A stretch of 21,964 nucleotides of DNA from an uncultured Deinococcales bacterium (GCA_964244895.1 CAXTKV010000075.1:1-21964), one strand, 5' to 3'. Counted from the first letter of the stretch, positions 7,844-19,823 are shown. Translations and numbers: made by a program. The notes: generated by a model not told the origin, from the sequence alone.

Positions 7844-9100
7844 TTAAATCCCGAGCGCCCAGGCTTCGATGGTCTCCACGCTCAGGTGCTCGGCGGCGTT
7901 CGAGGCGTAATGGGCGCGCTCGACGCGAAGGTCGGGCCCGATCAGAAAATCGGCGGGCATGCGGGTCGCTTCGCCGTCCGCGCTGCCGTGCGGCACGCCC
8001 AACTTGCGGCCCTCGAGCCAGATCGGAAGCATGGCGGGCGACAACAGACCGCTCAGGCTGCGGCGCGTGCCGTACAGCTCGTGGATCGCGTCGTCCGGGT
8101 CGGCCAGAATCACGAAGGGCGGGTTCTGAAGGCCGACGCGTTCCTGCAAGCCTTCGAGGCTCGAGCCGAACACGCCGACGACCTGCACACCCGCACCTGA
8201 TAGGCGGTCATGGGCTTCGATCAGGCGGTGAACGTGCAGGTTGCAGAACGGGCAGCCCGCGTGCCGGAAGAACACCAACAGCGTGCGCTTGCCGCGCAGC
8301 GCGCCCAACGAGAACGCTTCGTTGTCCAGGGCGGGCAGCGTGAACATCGGGGCGGTGTCGCCGACGTTCAGTTGCGGATAGCGCCGCGCGATCTCGCGGC
8401 GACCGCGCGCGTCCTCGATCAATCCGAGTTCCTCGAGCAGGGCCACGCTGCGGGTCAGCGCATCCCACGGCAGCACGGTGTGCAGACCGATCCTGAGCAG
8501 GTCGGATTCGCCATCCAGTGCAGACAGCACGCTCCAGTCGTCCGGCATCAGCTGCCGCACGCGCGAACTGAAATCGCCGACGCGATCCGCGCAGGCGAAG
8601 ACGTGATCCGGGCGCAGGTCAGCCGTGATGTCGCGCCCGAGTTCGTCCAGACGGCGCGCGATCTCGAGCGCCAGGGTGTTGACGGCCAGGCTGGGGCCGG
8701 AGGTGCGCGGCGCGAAGCCGAACGGCATGAACTCGAAATGCCCGTTCGTTTCGTGCCAGACGGGCATCAGCGCCACCTCGAGCCGCAGCTTCAGGGCGCG
8801 TTCCAGGTCGTGCTGGCTGACCGGGCTGGACGCGCTCTCGAATCCCTCGCCGGCCAGCGCCGCGACGCTGGCCGGCGAGACGCCGAGCTTCAGGAGCGCC
8901 TCGCCGATGCGCGGCACGATCGCACCGTTCGTTCCGGTGACCCGACCCTGCGAGAACATCAGGCTGATCTCGAGATCGCGTTCGGGGAAGTTCAATCGCA
9001 GGATGCCGCTTTTGCTACCGCCTGCGATCAATCCGAGTACGTCCGGCACGCCGAAAAGGTTGAGTGGCCCCTGGAGTTTGTCGGTGCTGGTCTGGTTCAC
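7844..9100 (-). CDS. DUF4388 (PATAN-like) domain fused to a C-terminal peroxiredoxin-like AhpC/TSA domain
   Basis: N-terminus LQGPLNLFGVPDVLGLI..SKSGILRL..MFSQGRV fits the DUF4388 pattern. C-terminus has VGDTAPMFTL, FFRHAGCPFC, ILADPD and MPADFLI. GTG 9100 has a GGAG SD; ATG 9112 is an alternative start. Confidence 0.82.
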   Translation of the reverse strand: MNQTSTDKLQGPLNLFGVPDVLGLIAGGSKSGILRLNFPERDLEISLMFSQGRVTGTNGAIVPRIGEALLKLGVSPASVAALAGEGFESASSPVSQHDLERALKLRLEVALMPVWHETNGHFEFMPFGFAPRTSGPSLAVNTLALEIARRLDELGRDITADLRPDHVFACADRVGDFSSRVRQLMPDDWSVLSALDGESDLLRIGLHTVLPWDALTRSVALLEELGLIEDARGRREIARRYPQLNVGDTAPMFTLPALDNEAFSLGALRGKRTLLVFFRHAGCPFCNLHVHRLIEAHDRLSGAGVQVVGVFGSSLEGLQERVGLQNPPFVILADPDDAIHELYGTRRSLSGLLSPAMLPIWLEGRKLGVPHGSADGEATRMPADFLIGPDLRVERAHYASNAAEHLSVETIEAWALGI

Positions 9101-9184
9101 GTCGGCTCCCATGTGGTCTCACAATGAGATACGTGTGCCCATCTGGGAACGGATGTTGGACTTTGGTTCAAACGCGCTTCAAAA

Positions 9185-9232
9185 GAACACCGTCCCGGAC
9201 GAGGTCTCGAGCTTGCGTCCAGGACGGTGCTT
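9185..9232. repeat. Paired-site intergenic repeat, short class (48 bp)
   Basis: GAACACCGTCCCGGACGA-N12-GCGTCCAGGACGGTGCTT. Confidence 0.88.
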
Positions 9233-9235
9233 TAA

Positions 9236-9727
9236 TTAATCCGATTCCTCGAGCTGGATCGGTTGATCGGGAATCACTTCCAGATCGGAGGCCAGCCGTT
9301 CCCGGATCACGCTCGGAAAGAGCGGCAGCCCGCTGACCTGGGAGACCAGCACCCAGGTCGGCGCGTAAACGTTGACCGGGTTGGAACGCTCGCGCTCCGG
9401 GCCATCCCCCAGGTGCGGCTCGCCGCTCAGCCAGCGCGCCAGAAAGTAATGCCCGATCCGTCCAGAGCGCGGATTCTGGCTCTGGTACAGCAAGCCTTCG
9501 AGCGCGAACTGCAGGTTGGTTTCCTCGCGCAACTCGCGCTCGGCGGCCTGCGGGATGTTCTCGCCGTCCTCGACGCTGCCGCCCGGCACCACGAAATACT
9601 CGCCGCGCTCGACCCGGTAACGGCGCATCAACAAGACCTCCAACTGATTGTTCTGCCCGTCGCGCACGATGAACCCACCGGCGCGGTTGCGCCGCAACGG
9701 GCTCCAATCGGGTCGCGGCAGGCTCAT
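9236..9727 (-). CDS. NUDIX hydrolase
   Basis: Nudix box GGSVEDGENIPQAAERELREETN; ATG 9727 overlaps the upstream stop (ATGA). Confidence 0.88.
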   Translation of the reverse strand: MSLPRPDWSPLRRNRAGGFIVRDGQNNQLEVLLMRRYRVERGEYFVVPGGSVEDGENIPQAAERELREETNLQFALEGLLYQSQNPRSGRIGHYFLARWLSGEPHLGDGPERERSNPVNVYAPTWVLVSQVSGLPLFPSVIRERLASDLEVIPDQPIQLEESD

Positions 9728-10509
9728 TTGCCCGTCCACTGGGCGCGGCGCTTCTCCAGGAAGGCCGCCATGCCCTCTTTTTGATCCTGGGTTCCGAACA
9801 GCAAATAAAAGTTGTGGCGCTCCACCTCGAGCCCGACCTCCAGGGTCGTATCGAAGGATTTCAGCACCGCGTTCTTGCCCAACCTGACCGCAATCGGTGC
9901 GCGCGCCGCGATCTGCCGCGCGATCTCGAGCGCGTTCTCCAGGTGGCTTTCCACCGGAAAAATCCTTGAGATCAATCCGACCTCGAGCGCTTCGTTGGCC
10001 GTCAGCATCCGCGCGTTCAAGACCATCTCCATCGCCAGGCTCTTGCCGACCGCTTTGGTCAAACGCTGCGTGCCGCCCGCGCCCGGAATGATCCCCAGGT
10101 TGATCTCCGGCTGCCCGAAACGCGCGGATTCGCTGCCCACCGCGATGTCGCAGGTCATCACCAGTTCCAGACCAGCACCCAGCGCCACCCCGGACACCGC
10201 CGCGATCACCGGCTTCGGGAATTCGCGCAAGCGCTGCCAGGCGAAAGAACGCTTGCCGGACAGCATCTCTGCCACGCCCATCCCCGCCATCTCCGAGATG
10301 TCCGCACCCGCCGCGAACGCTCGGGCGTCGCCGGTCAGCACCACGCACCGCACGGCGTCATCGGCGTTGAAGCCATCGAAGGCCGCCACGAGTTCCGCCA
10401 TCGTGGCGCTGTTCAACGCGTTCAGCACCTTCGGACGGTTCAAGCGCACCAGCCCGACGCCACCCTTGAGGGTCTCCACGATGATGTTCTCGAACGCGCT
10501 CTCAGCCAT
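9724..10509 (-). CDS. Enoyl-CoA hydratase (crotonase, PaaF-like)
   Basis: LNRPKVLNALN, AFAAGADI, GAGLEL and FGQPEINLGIIPGAGGTQRL; both catalytic glutamates are present. Confidence 0.94.
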   Translation of the reverse strand: MAESAFENIIVETLKGGVGLVRLNRPKVLNALNSATMAELVAAFDGFNADDAVRCVVLTGDARAFAAGADISEMAGMGVAEMLSGKRSFAWQRLREFPKPVIAAVSGVALGAGLELVMTCDIAVGSESARFGQPEINLGIIPGAGGTQRLTKAVGKSLAMEMVLNARMLTANEALEVGLISRIFPVESHLENALEIARQIAARAPIAVRLGKNAVLKSFDTTLEVGLEVERHNFYLLFGTQDQKEGMAAFLEKRRAQWTGK

Positions 10510-10553
10510 GCGTCACTTTAACTCGGGCCGCCGTCCGGGTTCGTGGCTCCGAA

Positions 10554-11051
10554 TTACCCAAACGCGATCCGGATGCGTTCGTCAACCTCGAGCTTCACGA
10601 CCGCGCAATCGTTGGCGTAGGTGCGCTCCGGCAGCACGATCAGCACGTTGACGGGCTGAGCACCGACCGCGAACGGCGCGTGATGCCACACGCCTGGACG
10701 CAAGACCACCAGCGTTCCGCGCGGCACCCGAAACACCCGGATCGCGTTCACCGGAACCTCGCCCGTCGTGGCCGGGCCGACGTGAACCAGCACGTCCCCA
10801 TCGAGCGGTAGCACGCCCTCGCCCGTCCTGGAATGGAATTCTGTCACGTCCACCACGAACTCGCGGGCTTCGACCCGGCACGTCGAGAACGATGCCCGGT
10901 TCGCGCTCCCCAGATCGAGCTGCGCCATGTCCCTGAAGAATTCCACCGGCGCATCCCCGATTTTTTCCGCGCTCGGGTTCAGGTGCCCGGCCACGAACCC
11001 GAACGGGCTGAATGCGTCCACGCTCAGTTCTTCGACCTCGACGGTTCTCAT
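10554..11051 (-). CDS. Ureidoglycolate lyase (AllA)-like cupin protein
   Basis: LSVDAFSPFG, EFHSRTGE and LRPGVWHHAPF motifs; ATG 11051 with GGAGGA SD. Confidence 0.8.
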   Translation of the reverse strand: MRTVEVEELSVDAFSPFGFVAGHLNPSAEKIGDAPVEFFRDMAQLDLGSANRASFSTCRVEAREFVVDVTEFHSRTGEGVLPLDGDVLVHVGPATTGEVPVNAIRVFRVPRGTLVVLRPGVWHHAPFAVGAQPVNVLIVLPERTYANDCAVVKLEVDERIRIAFG

Positions 11052-11215
11052 GCGTCCTCCTGTTGTTGATCTCGAGCATAACGCCCAAGCTTTTGTCCTC
11101 TGCTTCGTCGAGAGAGTGGTCACTTCTCGAGAATGGCGACCCCTTCATCTCGAGCCATCCAAAAGCTGACGCTCGAGCCACTTCCCTTATTTGCACAACG
11201 GAGGAAAGGGCAAGA

Positions 11216-11263
11216 GAACACCGTCCAGCACGCATATTTAGATTCGCGTGCTGGACGGTGTTG
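11216..11263. repeat. Paired-site intergenic repeat, short class (48 bp)
   Basis: Perfect 17-bp inverted repeat AACACCGTCCAGCACGC-N12-GCGTGCTGGACGGTGTT. Confidence 0.92.
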
Positions 11264-11270
11264 TTGCAAC

Positions 11271-12785
11271 CTAGAACAATCTCGAGCGCAGGTACGCCTC
11301 GAGTTCGCTGACCTTGATGCGTTCCTGCTGCATCGTGTCGCGGTCGCGCACGGTCACGGTATCAGAAAGGTTTACATCCGGGTTCTCGCCCTTGCCGATG
11401 GTGTCGAAATCGACCGTCAGGCAAAACGGCGTGCCGATCTCGTCGTGGCGGCGGTACGCCTTGCCGATGTTGCCCGTGTCCTCGTACAGCACGCGGCCCC
11501 AGCCCAGAGATTGCAGTTTCGCCTTGAGCTTCCGGGCGTAATCCGTGATCTCCGGCTTGTTCTTGGCGAGCGGGATCACCGCGACTTTGATCGGCGCGAG
11601 GTGCGGACGGAGTTTCAGCACGATCCTTTCCGTGCCGTTCTCGAGGGTTTCCTTGGTGAAGGCTTCCGTCAGCACGGCCAGCACGCCGCGATCCACGCCC
11701 GCAGAGGGTTCGATCACGAACGGCACGACTGGCTTCTGCGTCTCCGGATGCGCGATGGTCAGCTTTTCCGTGCTGTCCGCGTTCGGTTCGACCCTGGCGC
11801 TCAAGCCCAGCGTGTCCTGATTCTTGGAGTGCGATCCCAGGTCGAAATCCGTGCGGTTGGCGATGCCCTCGAGTTCCTCCAGGCCGTGCGGGAAGCGGTA
11901 CAGAATGTCCGTCGTGGCCTTCGAGTAATGCGAGAGATCCGCCTGCGGTTGATGGAATTCTTGCAGATTCCCACTCTCGAGCCCCTGATCCCGCCACCAC
12001 GCCACGCGCGCAGCGACCCAGGTCTTGTGCCAGTCCTCGTCTGTGCCGGGCAGCACGAAGAACTCGAGTTCCATCTGCTCGAATTCCCGCACCCGGAAGA
12101 TGAAGTTTCTGGGCGTGATCTCGTTGCGGAAGGATTTCCCGACCTGCGCGATGCCGAACGGCAGCTTTCTCGAGGTCGAATCCACCACGTTCTTGAAGTT
12201 CACGAAAATGCCCTGCGCGGTTTCTGGTCGCAGGTACGCGTAGGAATCCTCGTCCGCCACTGGGCCGACGGTCGTGCGGAACATCATGTTGAACGGTCGC
12301 GGCGCGGTCCAATCGCCCGTCTTGCCGTGTTCCGGGTCGGTCACTCGTGATCCCTTCAAAATGGCTTCGGCTTTATCCGATTTGTTCAGCGCACTCGAGA
12401 TCGCGTCCACGTCGGAAGTCTCGAGCTCGAGTTGCTGCGCTACGGCGGCTATGACTTCGGGTTTCTGATCTTTCAGCAGGTGATCCAAGCGGTAACGCTT
12501 CTTGGTGGCGCGGTTGTCCACCATCGGGTCGGTGAACGTGGCCTCGTGACCGGAGTGGCGCAGCACCAGCTTGTGCGTCAGGATGCTGGCGTCCAGACCC
12601 TCGACATCCTCGCGCTCGTAGACCATCGAGCGCCACCACGCGGCCTTGAGGTTGTTCTTTAATTCCACCCCGAGCGGGCCGTAATCGTAGGTTCCCTGCA
12701 AACCGCCGTAGATGTCGCTGCCGGGAAAGATGAAGCCTCGGCGTTTGCAGAGGCTGACGAGTTCGTCCATCGTCTGTGCTGGCAC
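11271..12785 (-). CDS. glyQS: Glycine--tRNA ligase, alpha2 type
   Basis: [55 protein letters not shown] and [14 protein letters not shown] motifs; GTG 12785 with GAGGGG SD; 504 aa. Confidence 0.97.
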   Translation of the reverse strand: MPAQTMDELVSLCKRRGFIFPGSDIYGGLQGTYDYGPLGVELKNNLKAAWWRSMVYEREDVEGLDASILTHKLVLRHSGHEATFTDPMVDNRATKKRYRLDHLLKDQKPEVIAAVAQQLELETSDVDAISSALNKSDKAEAILKGSRVTDPEHGKTGDWTAPRPFNMMFRTTVGPVADEDSYAYLRPETAQGIFVNFKNVVDSTSRKLPFGIAQVGKSFRNEITPRNFIFRVREFEQMELEFFVLPGTDEDWHKTWVAARVAWWRDQGLESGNLQEFHQPQADLSHYSKATTDILYRFPHGLEELEGIANRTDFDLGSHSKNQDTLGLSARVEPNADSTEKLTIAHPETQKPVVPFVIEPSAGVDRGVLAVLTEAFTKETLENGTERIVLKLRPHLAPIKVAVIPLAKNKPEITDYARKLKAKLQSLGWGRVLYEDTGNIGKAYRRHDEIGTPFCLTVDFDTIGKGENPDVNLSDTVTVRDRDTMQQERIKVSELEAYLRSRLF

Positions 12786-12830
12786 GGTTGCCCCCTCGCG
12801 CACAGGAAGTTTGGATTTTCCGTGGGGCGT

Positions 12831-12873
12831 AAACAAAACGTCCCCAGGTGGCTTCCTGCGCCACCTGGGGACG
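12831..12873 (-). terminator. T-box intrinsic terminator
   Basis: 14-bp perfect stem CGTCCCCAGGTGGC/GCCACCTGGGGACG with a 7-nt loop, followed by TTTTGTTT. Confidence 0.9.
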
Positions 12874-13055
12874 CGAGAACTCGCGCGGTTCCACCCCAGT
12901 TCCTCGATTCCAAGCTCTTGGCTTTGGAAATACTGCCGAGGCACCTCGCTTGCTGTTTGCTCCCCGCTGCCCTTCCCGAAGTGCGCTTCGTGAGGCTTCC
13001 ACCGTCCCTCACTCGCTCTGGATCGCTTTTTTCGGTACTCCTGCGGATCGACGCG
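12831..13055 (-). ncRNA. T-box riboswitch (Gly) upstream of glyQS
   Basis: T-box AACTGGGGTGGAACCGCG (12901-12884). Stem I has AGTA, an AG-rich bulge, a GGTGGAAG distal loop and GAAG-GGC-A (Gly specifier 12971-12969). An antiterminator competes with the terminator. Confidence 0.93.
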
Positions 13056-13060
13056 TGAAC

Positions 13061-13089
13061 ATTGTCCTTCAATCTTCGTGGGAGCGCAA
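13061..13089 (-). promoter_or_regulatory. Putative promoter of the T-box/glyQS leader
   Basis: TTGCGC-N17-GACAAT places the start site just before stem I; the -10 box is imperfect. Confidence 0.4.
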
Positions 13090-13111
13090 TACGCCATTCG
13101 TGCCAACACGG

Positions 13112-13159
13112 GAACACCGTCCAGCACGCATGCTCGAGACCGCGTGCTGGATGGTGTTC
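13112..13159. repeat. Paired-site intergenic repeat, short class (48 bp)
   Basis: GAACACCGTCCAGCACGC-N12-GCGTGCTGGATGGTGTTC; abuts the NUDIX stop codon. Confidence 0.92.
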
Positions 13160-13669
13160 TTAAAGGATTCGGCGCGCGCCGCTCGCCCAGTCCGCCAGGG
13201 CTTCTCGGGCGGATTGGAACGCGATGTTTTCGGGCAGTTCGTGAAGGCCGAACCAGCCGATCTCGAGCGCGTCATCGGCGGGGCTGGGCGTGCCGCTCAC
13301 GATCTGGACGCTGTAGTACACGCTCAGAATGAACTCGCTCGCGTCCTGGTACGTGTCGGTGTACATCCCGATCAGTTCGGTGATCCGCACTTCGACGCCC
13401 AATTCTTCTCGGGCTTCACGAATCGCGGCGCGGCCCGGATGTTCGCCGGGCTCGAGGAACCCGCCGGGCAAATCCCACCAGCCCCGGAACGGTTCGATGG
13501 CGCGCTTGACCATCAGCGCGCGCCCTGAAGCGTCGTGAATGATCGCGCCCGCGCCGGGCTTGGAATTTCGCCAGCTCGTCCGACCGCACGCGTCACAGTG
13601 CGGGTGCGTGCTCGCGCCGAGATCCGCGATGGGCGATCCGCAGTTGAAGCAGAATTTGATCTTCGGCAC
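13160..13669 (-). CDS. Zinc-ribbon NUDIX hydrolase
   Basis: CFNCG...CDACG; Nudix box [29 protein letters not shown] 6 nt before the GTG (leaderless-like). Confidence 0.92.
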   Translation of the reverse strand: MPKIKFCFNCGSPIADLGASTHPHCDACGRTSWRNSKPGAGAIIHDASGRALMVKRAIEPFRGWWDLPGGFLEPGEHPGRAAIREAREELGVEVRITELIGMYTDTYQDASEFILSVYYSVQIVSGTPSPADDALEIGWFGLHELPENIAFQSAREALADWASGARRIL

Positions 13670-13679
13670 CCGTGAAGCT

Positions 13680-13727
13680 TAACACCGTCCTGCACGCGTT
13701 CCGAGGGTCGCGTGCGGGACGGTGCAG
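13680..13727. repeat. Paired-site intergenic repeat, short class (48 bp)
   Basis: TAACACCGTCCTGCACGC-N12-GCGTGCGGGACGGTGCAG, in a divergent region. A lone core CGTGCTGGACG also occurs at 13764-13774. Confidence 0.88.
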
Positions 13728-13984
13728 AGACTTCGCAAAACCTTTCTTGATTACCATCCCTGCCGTGCTGGACGATAGGTTGAAGGTCTCGAGCACAACA
13801 TCGAAGATGACCATCGCGGCCTGTGGTCATGTCGGATTGCTTGATTCTGGATTCAGGTGATGGGGTAGATTGATCGCAAGGTATCGTGATCCCAAGCCCA
13901 AAAGCCCGAGTCCTTCCCTGTACGATAAGAGCACAATGACACCCACGAGGCAAGCTCGAGACACTTTCCAAGGAGCGCTGTAGC

Positions 13985-16192
<2,208 letters not shown>

Positions 16193-16210
16193 AGGATTTG
16201 CAATCTCGAG

Positions 16211-16238
16211 CGCGGCCCGAATCCACGGGCCGCGTTTT
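16211..16238 (+). terminator. Intrinsic terminator after clpC
   Basis: CGCGGCCCG-AATCCA-CGGGCCGCG followed by TTTT. Confidence 0.7.
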
Positions 16239-16253
16239 CGTCGCGCTCGGCAA

Positions 16254-16301
16254 GAACCCCCTCACGCACGCAGTTCGAGGTCAGTGTGCCGGACGGTTCT
16301 C
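16254..16301. repeat. Paired-site intergenic repeat, short class (48 bp, degenerate)
   Basis: GAACCCCCTCACGCACGC-N12-GTGTGCCGGACGGTTCTC; the spacing is kept although the arms have decayed. Confidence 0.6.
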
Positions 16302-16306
16302 TCGAG

Positions 16307-17086
16307 CTAGGCCTTCAGCGCGAGCACGCAGTCGAAATGGTCGGAAAACCCGAAGCTTCCGGAAGCTTCGACCTCGAGCAACGCGCGCCTGAGATCGGCC
16401 TCGAACGCCGCGAGGTGATTCCCGAAGCGTTCTGGTGCGCTTGAGGACATGGAGAACACGCGCCCAACAAGCTCATCCAAGCTCACGGTGCGGCTCGTCT
16501 GGATACGCATCTCCTCGACGGTGGCGAAGCGAGAACGGCGCAGTAGTGTGTCGTGATGCTCCCAGTTTGGATCGTGCCAGCGAGACGCTTCTCGAGGCCC
16601 GAGGTAACGCTCGATAACCCTGTCCGCCGCGACCCGCCACGGATCCCGGCGTTCGTCGTCGCTGCGGAGCGTAGCAAAGCCCCCACCGGGCTCGAGCAGA
16701 TCGTAGGCGCGCTCGATCACGACCTCGCGGTTCATCCAGTGCAGCGCCCGCCCAACCGTGATCAACCGGAACGCGCCCAGCTCAGCCCCGATCTCCTCGG
16801 CGGGACGGATCGAGAAGCGCACGTTCGACGCCCCGAGGTCTGAAGCCCGAGCTTCCGCTTGACCGATCATGGCGGCGTTCACGTCCAGCCCGATGACCTC
16901 CGCGAACCACTCGCGCATGGCGAGCGAGATCGTGCCGGGGCCGCAGCCGAGGTCGAGCAAGCGGCTCGAGTCATCGCGGGGAACTCGAGCCGCCAGACGC
17001 TCGAGCAGTTCACGCGGATAGTCGGGTCTGAAGCGCGCGTAGAACGCGGCGGCTCCGGTGAAGCGTTCGGTGATTGAAGGTTCCAC
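16307..17086 (-). CDS. Class I SAM-dependent methyltransferase
   Basis: YARFRPDYP, motif I LLDLGCGPG, GLDVN and ALHWM; TAGGAT 6 nt before the GTG. Confidence 0.92.
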   Translation of the reverse strand: MEPSITERFTGAAAFYARFRPDYPRELLERLAARVPRDDSSRLLDLGCGPGTISLAMREWFAEVIGLDVNAAMIGQAEARASDLGASNVRFSIRPAEEIGAELGAFRLITVGRALHWMNREVVIERAYDLLEPGGGFATLRSDDERRDPWRVAADRVIERYLGPREASRWHDPNWEHHDTLLRRSRFATVEEMRIQTSRTVSLDELVGRVFSMSSSAPERFGNHLAAFEADLRRALLEVEASGSFGFSDHFDCVLALKA

Positions 17087-17129
17087 GTTTCAATCCTAGA
17101 TCGGTTCTGAAAACCGCGACATTCGCCGG

Positions 17130-17187
17130 GAAGACCGTCCAGCACGCAAACCTCATGGCCTGAGAAAACGCGTCCCAGACGGTCTTC
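17130..17187. repeat. Paired-site intergenic repeat, long class (58 bp)
   Basis: GAAGACCGTCCAGCACGC-N22-GCGTCCCAGACGGTCTTC. Confidence 0.9.
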
Positions 17188-17240
17188 TCGAGAGGCAGCA
17201 TCCAAACCCAAAGACTTCTGGCTCCCGACCCCTGACGTAC

Positions 17241-17288
17241 AAACACCGTCGCAGACGCGAATTAAAGAATGCGTTCCCAACGGTGTTC
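17241..17288. repeat. Paired-site intergenic repeat, short class (48 bp)
   Basis: AAACACCGTCGCAGACGC-N12-GCGTTCCCAACGGTGTTC. Confidence 0.8.
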
Positions 17289-17317
17289 TGTTGCTTCCTG
17301 ATCGTGTGACGCATCGG

Positions 17318-17323
17318 TATACT
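17318..17323 (+). promoter_or_regulatory. -10 box of a probably leaderless radA transcript
   Basis: TATACT 7 nt before the GTG; no SD. Confidence 0.6.
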
Positions 17324-17330
17324 GTGCGCC

Positions 17331-18671
17331 GTGGCGAAAGTCCAGGTTCAATACCGGTGCGATTCTTGCGGCTACACGGCGGCCAAACCGCTGGGGCGTT
17401 GCCCGTCGTGTTCGGCCTGGAACAGTTTCACGGAGGTCGCACCGGCCCCAGGTGGCAGCGCTCGAGGTGGGGGTTTCGGCGCTCAGCGCAGCGTGCCTCC
17501 GGGTGCGGTCACGCGGCTCTCCAGCGTGGCCTCGTTGACGGAGCCCCGCATTCCGTCCGGCGTCAGCGAACTGGATCGCGTGCTGGGCGGCGGTTGGGTT
17601 CCGGGCGGCGTGGTGCTGCTGGGCGGCGAACCGGGCATCGGCAAGAGCACGCTGTTGTTGCAGGTCGCGGATCACCTGGCCCGCACTGGCGAGAAAGTCC
17701 TGTACGTGGCGGGCGAGGAATCCCTCGAGCAGGTTCGCCTTCGGGCGGATCGGTTGGGCGTGCAGGGCGACATCCTGATGACCCGAGACATCCAGTGCGG
17801 CGGCATCAGCGCGCTGCTGGAAGCCGAATCCCCGAAGCTCGCGATCGTGGACTCGATCCAGACGATTCAGGTGGACGACGACGGCACGCCCGGCAGCACC
17901 TCCCAGGTGCGAGAAGCCACGGCGCGGCTGACCCGCGCCGCCAAGGAAACCGGTTGCGCGATGGTGCTGGTCGGGCACGTCACCAAGGACGGCACGGTCG
18001 CCGGGCCGAAGGTGATGGAGCACATCGTGGACGCGACCCTCTACCTGGAATCGGTCGGCCATTACCGCCTCTTGCGTTCCGTCAAGAACCGCTTCGGGAG
18101 CGTCGGTGAACTGGGCGTGTTCGACATGCAGGAATCCGGCCTGCAAGCCATCGAGAACCCGTCCCTGGCCTTCCTGGCGGAGCGTCCCGTCGGCGTTCCC
18201 GGCAGCGTCGTGGCCGCCACCATGGACGGCAACCGCCCGTTATTGCTCGAGGTGCAGGCCCTGGCCGCCAAGACCCCGTACCCGGCACCCAAACGCGTCG
18301 CGGTCGGGCTGGATGCGCGGCGCGTGGATGTCGTGCTGGCGGTGCTCGAGCGCAGGTTGGAATTGTCATTGGCCGGACTGGACATCTACGTCAACCTGGC
18401 GGGCGGCATGAAGCTCTTCGATCCGGGATTGGATCTGGCGATCGCGCTGGCCGTCTATAGCGCCGTCATGGGCAAGCCCGTGCCGGAGGACACCGCCGTC
18501 TTCGGTGAAGTCGGCCTGGCCGGAGAGGTTCGCACCGTCAGTCAGGCCGCCCGGCGCGCCGAGGAAGCCAGACGCGTGGGCTTCCACAAATTGGTCACGC
18601 CACCCGATGGCTCGAGGGGCGGCATCAGGTCCGTGCGGGACGCGGTCAAGGCCGTCTGGGGCGCAGCGTGA
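17331..18671 (+). CDS. radA: DNA repair protein RadA/Sms
   Basis: C4 zinc finger, Walker [21 protein letters not shown] motif and a Lon-like C-terminus with [10 protein letters not shown]. Confidence 0.97.
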   Translation: MAKVQVQYRCDSCGYTAAKPLGRCPSCSAWNSFTEVAPAPGGSARGGGFGAQRSVPPGAVTRLSSVASLTEPRIPSGVSELDRVLGGGWVPGGVVLLGGEPGIGKSTLLLQVADHLARTGEKVLYVAGEESLEQVRLRADRLGVQGDILMTRDIQCGGISALLEAESPKLAIVDSIQTIQVDDDGTPGSTSQVREATARLTRAAKETGCAMVLVGHVTKDGTVAGPKVMEHIVDATLYLESVGHYRLLRSVKNRFGSVGELGVFDMQESGLQAIENPSLAFLAERPVGVPGSVVAATMDGNRPLLLEVQALAAKTPYPAPKRVAVGLDARRVDVVLAVLERRLELSLAGLDIYVNLAGGMKLFDPGLDLAIALAVYSAVMGKPVPEDTAVFGEVGLAGEVRTVSQAARRAEEARRVGFHKLVTPPDGSRGGIRSVRDAVKAVWGAA

Positions 18672-19735
18672 GGCAGGGATTGGGCGATCCCTTGCTGGTG
18701 CTGGTGCGCTCCGTGCTGGTCGCGCTGGGCGCGCTGGTCGGCTACGTGATTTCTTACCCGGTGTTCGCGCCGGATTCGTTGAACCGCATTTACGTCACGC
18801 TTTTGGGCGGGTTGATCGCTTCGTTGTTGATCCGTCGGCCCGCCAGAACCATCCGGGATTTCCTGGGTCGCGTGATTGACTCGCTGGTTCACCTGCCGCC
18901 CCAGACGGTGCTGGCGGGCACGGTCGCGACCATCGCGGCGCTGGTCATCAGCGTGCTGTTGAACAACTTGCTCTCGAACGTGCCGGGCTTCGCGTGGTAC
19001 TTCCAGCTATTGGTGACGCTCTTGCTGGAAGTCTTTTTCGTGTTCTTCGCGGTGCAAAACCGCGAGTGGTTCACGCCGATCGCGGGCAAACCCGTCGAAC
19101 GGATCGTGCCAGTAGGCGTCACGCCGCTCAAGTTGCTGGACACCAGCGTGATCATCGATGGGCGCATCGCGGAGGTCACGCAGACGGGCTTCCTGGAAGG
19201 CCCGTTCGTGGTGCCCGCCTTCGTGCTGCGCGAATTGCAGTTCTTCGCCGATCAGTCCGACCCGATCAAACGCAGCAAGGGCCGCCGAGGTCTGGACATC
19301 CTGGAGCGCATGCGCGCCACACCCGGCATGGAGTTCGTGGTGCGCGAGTTCGGCAATTCCGGCGCGACCGAAAGCGGCACCGAGGCCGTCGATGACCGCC
19401 TGGTGCGCGCCGCGCTGGAATTGGGCGCGTGGCTGATCACGAACGACAACGGGCTGGCCAAAGTCGCCAGTTTGCAGGGCGTCAAATGCCTGAGTTTGAA
19501 CGCGTTGGCCGAAACCCTCAAGCCGCGCCACGGCGCGGGCGACGAATTGACGATCACGGTCGTCAAGGAGGGCTCTCAGGCCGGTCAGGGCATCGGCTAT
19601 CTGGACGATGGCACGATGGTCGTGATCGAGGACGGTCTGGCCTTGCGCGGTCGCACCGTGCGGGTGGCGGTCGTGTCGAACATCCAGACGGCCCTGGGGC
19701 GCATGATTTTTGCCAAGCCCAAAGAGGTCGTCTGA
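18668..19735 (+). CDS. Membrane PIN/TRAM domain protein (YacL-like)
   Basis: Four N-terminal TM segments; PIN motifs [20 protein letters not shown] and ITND; TRAM motif [18 protein letters not shown] overlap with radA. Confidence 0.93.
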   Translation: MRQGLGDPLLVLVRSVLVALGALVGYVISYPVFAPDSLNRIYVTLLGGLIASLLIRRPARTIRDFLGRVIDSLVHLPPQTVLAGTVATIAALVISVLLNNLLSNVPGFAWYFQLLVTLLLEVFFVFFAVQNREWFTPIAGKPVERIVPVGVTPLKLLDTSVIIDGRIAEVTQTGFLEGPFVVPAFVLRELQFFADQSDPIKRSKGRRGLDILERMRATPGMEFVVREFGNSGATESGTEAVDDRLVRAALELGAWLITNDNGLAKVASLQGVKCLSLNALAETLKPRHGAGDELTITVVKEGSQAGQGIGYLDDGTMVVIEDGLALRGRTVRVAVVSNIQTALGRMIFAKPKEVV

Positions 19736-19765
19736 CGGGGATTCTCGAGGCGTCGTGTTACTCGA

Positions 19766-19823
19766 GAACACCGTTCAGCACGATGTTCTCGAGTAATCAG
19801 AATTCGCGTGTGGGACGGTCTTT
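19766..19823. repeat. Paired-site intergenic repeat, long class (58 bp)
   Basis: GAACACCGTTCAGCACGATGTTC ... GCGTGTGGGACGGTCTTT. The left site extends to TTACTCGAGAACA/TGTTCTCGAGTAA, and the right end overlaps a stop codon. Confidence 0.87.

Noticed and set aside
9728..10348. N-terminal extension of the NUDIX ORF (370 aa)
   Set aside because: It is an alternate frame of the crotonase gene; ATGA coupling at 9724-9727 marks the start.
12999..13008. CCACCGTCCC as another repeat arm
   Set aside because: Explained by the T-box stem I distal loop; there is no partner site at 25 or 35 bp.
12786..13127. N-terminal extension of GlyRS (618-aa ORF)
   Set aside because: The region is the T-box leader and promoter; the start with an SD is GTG 12785.
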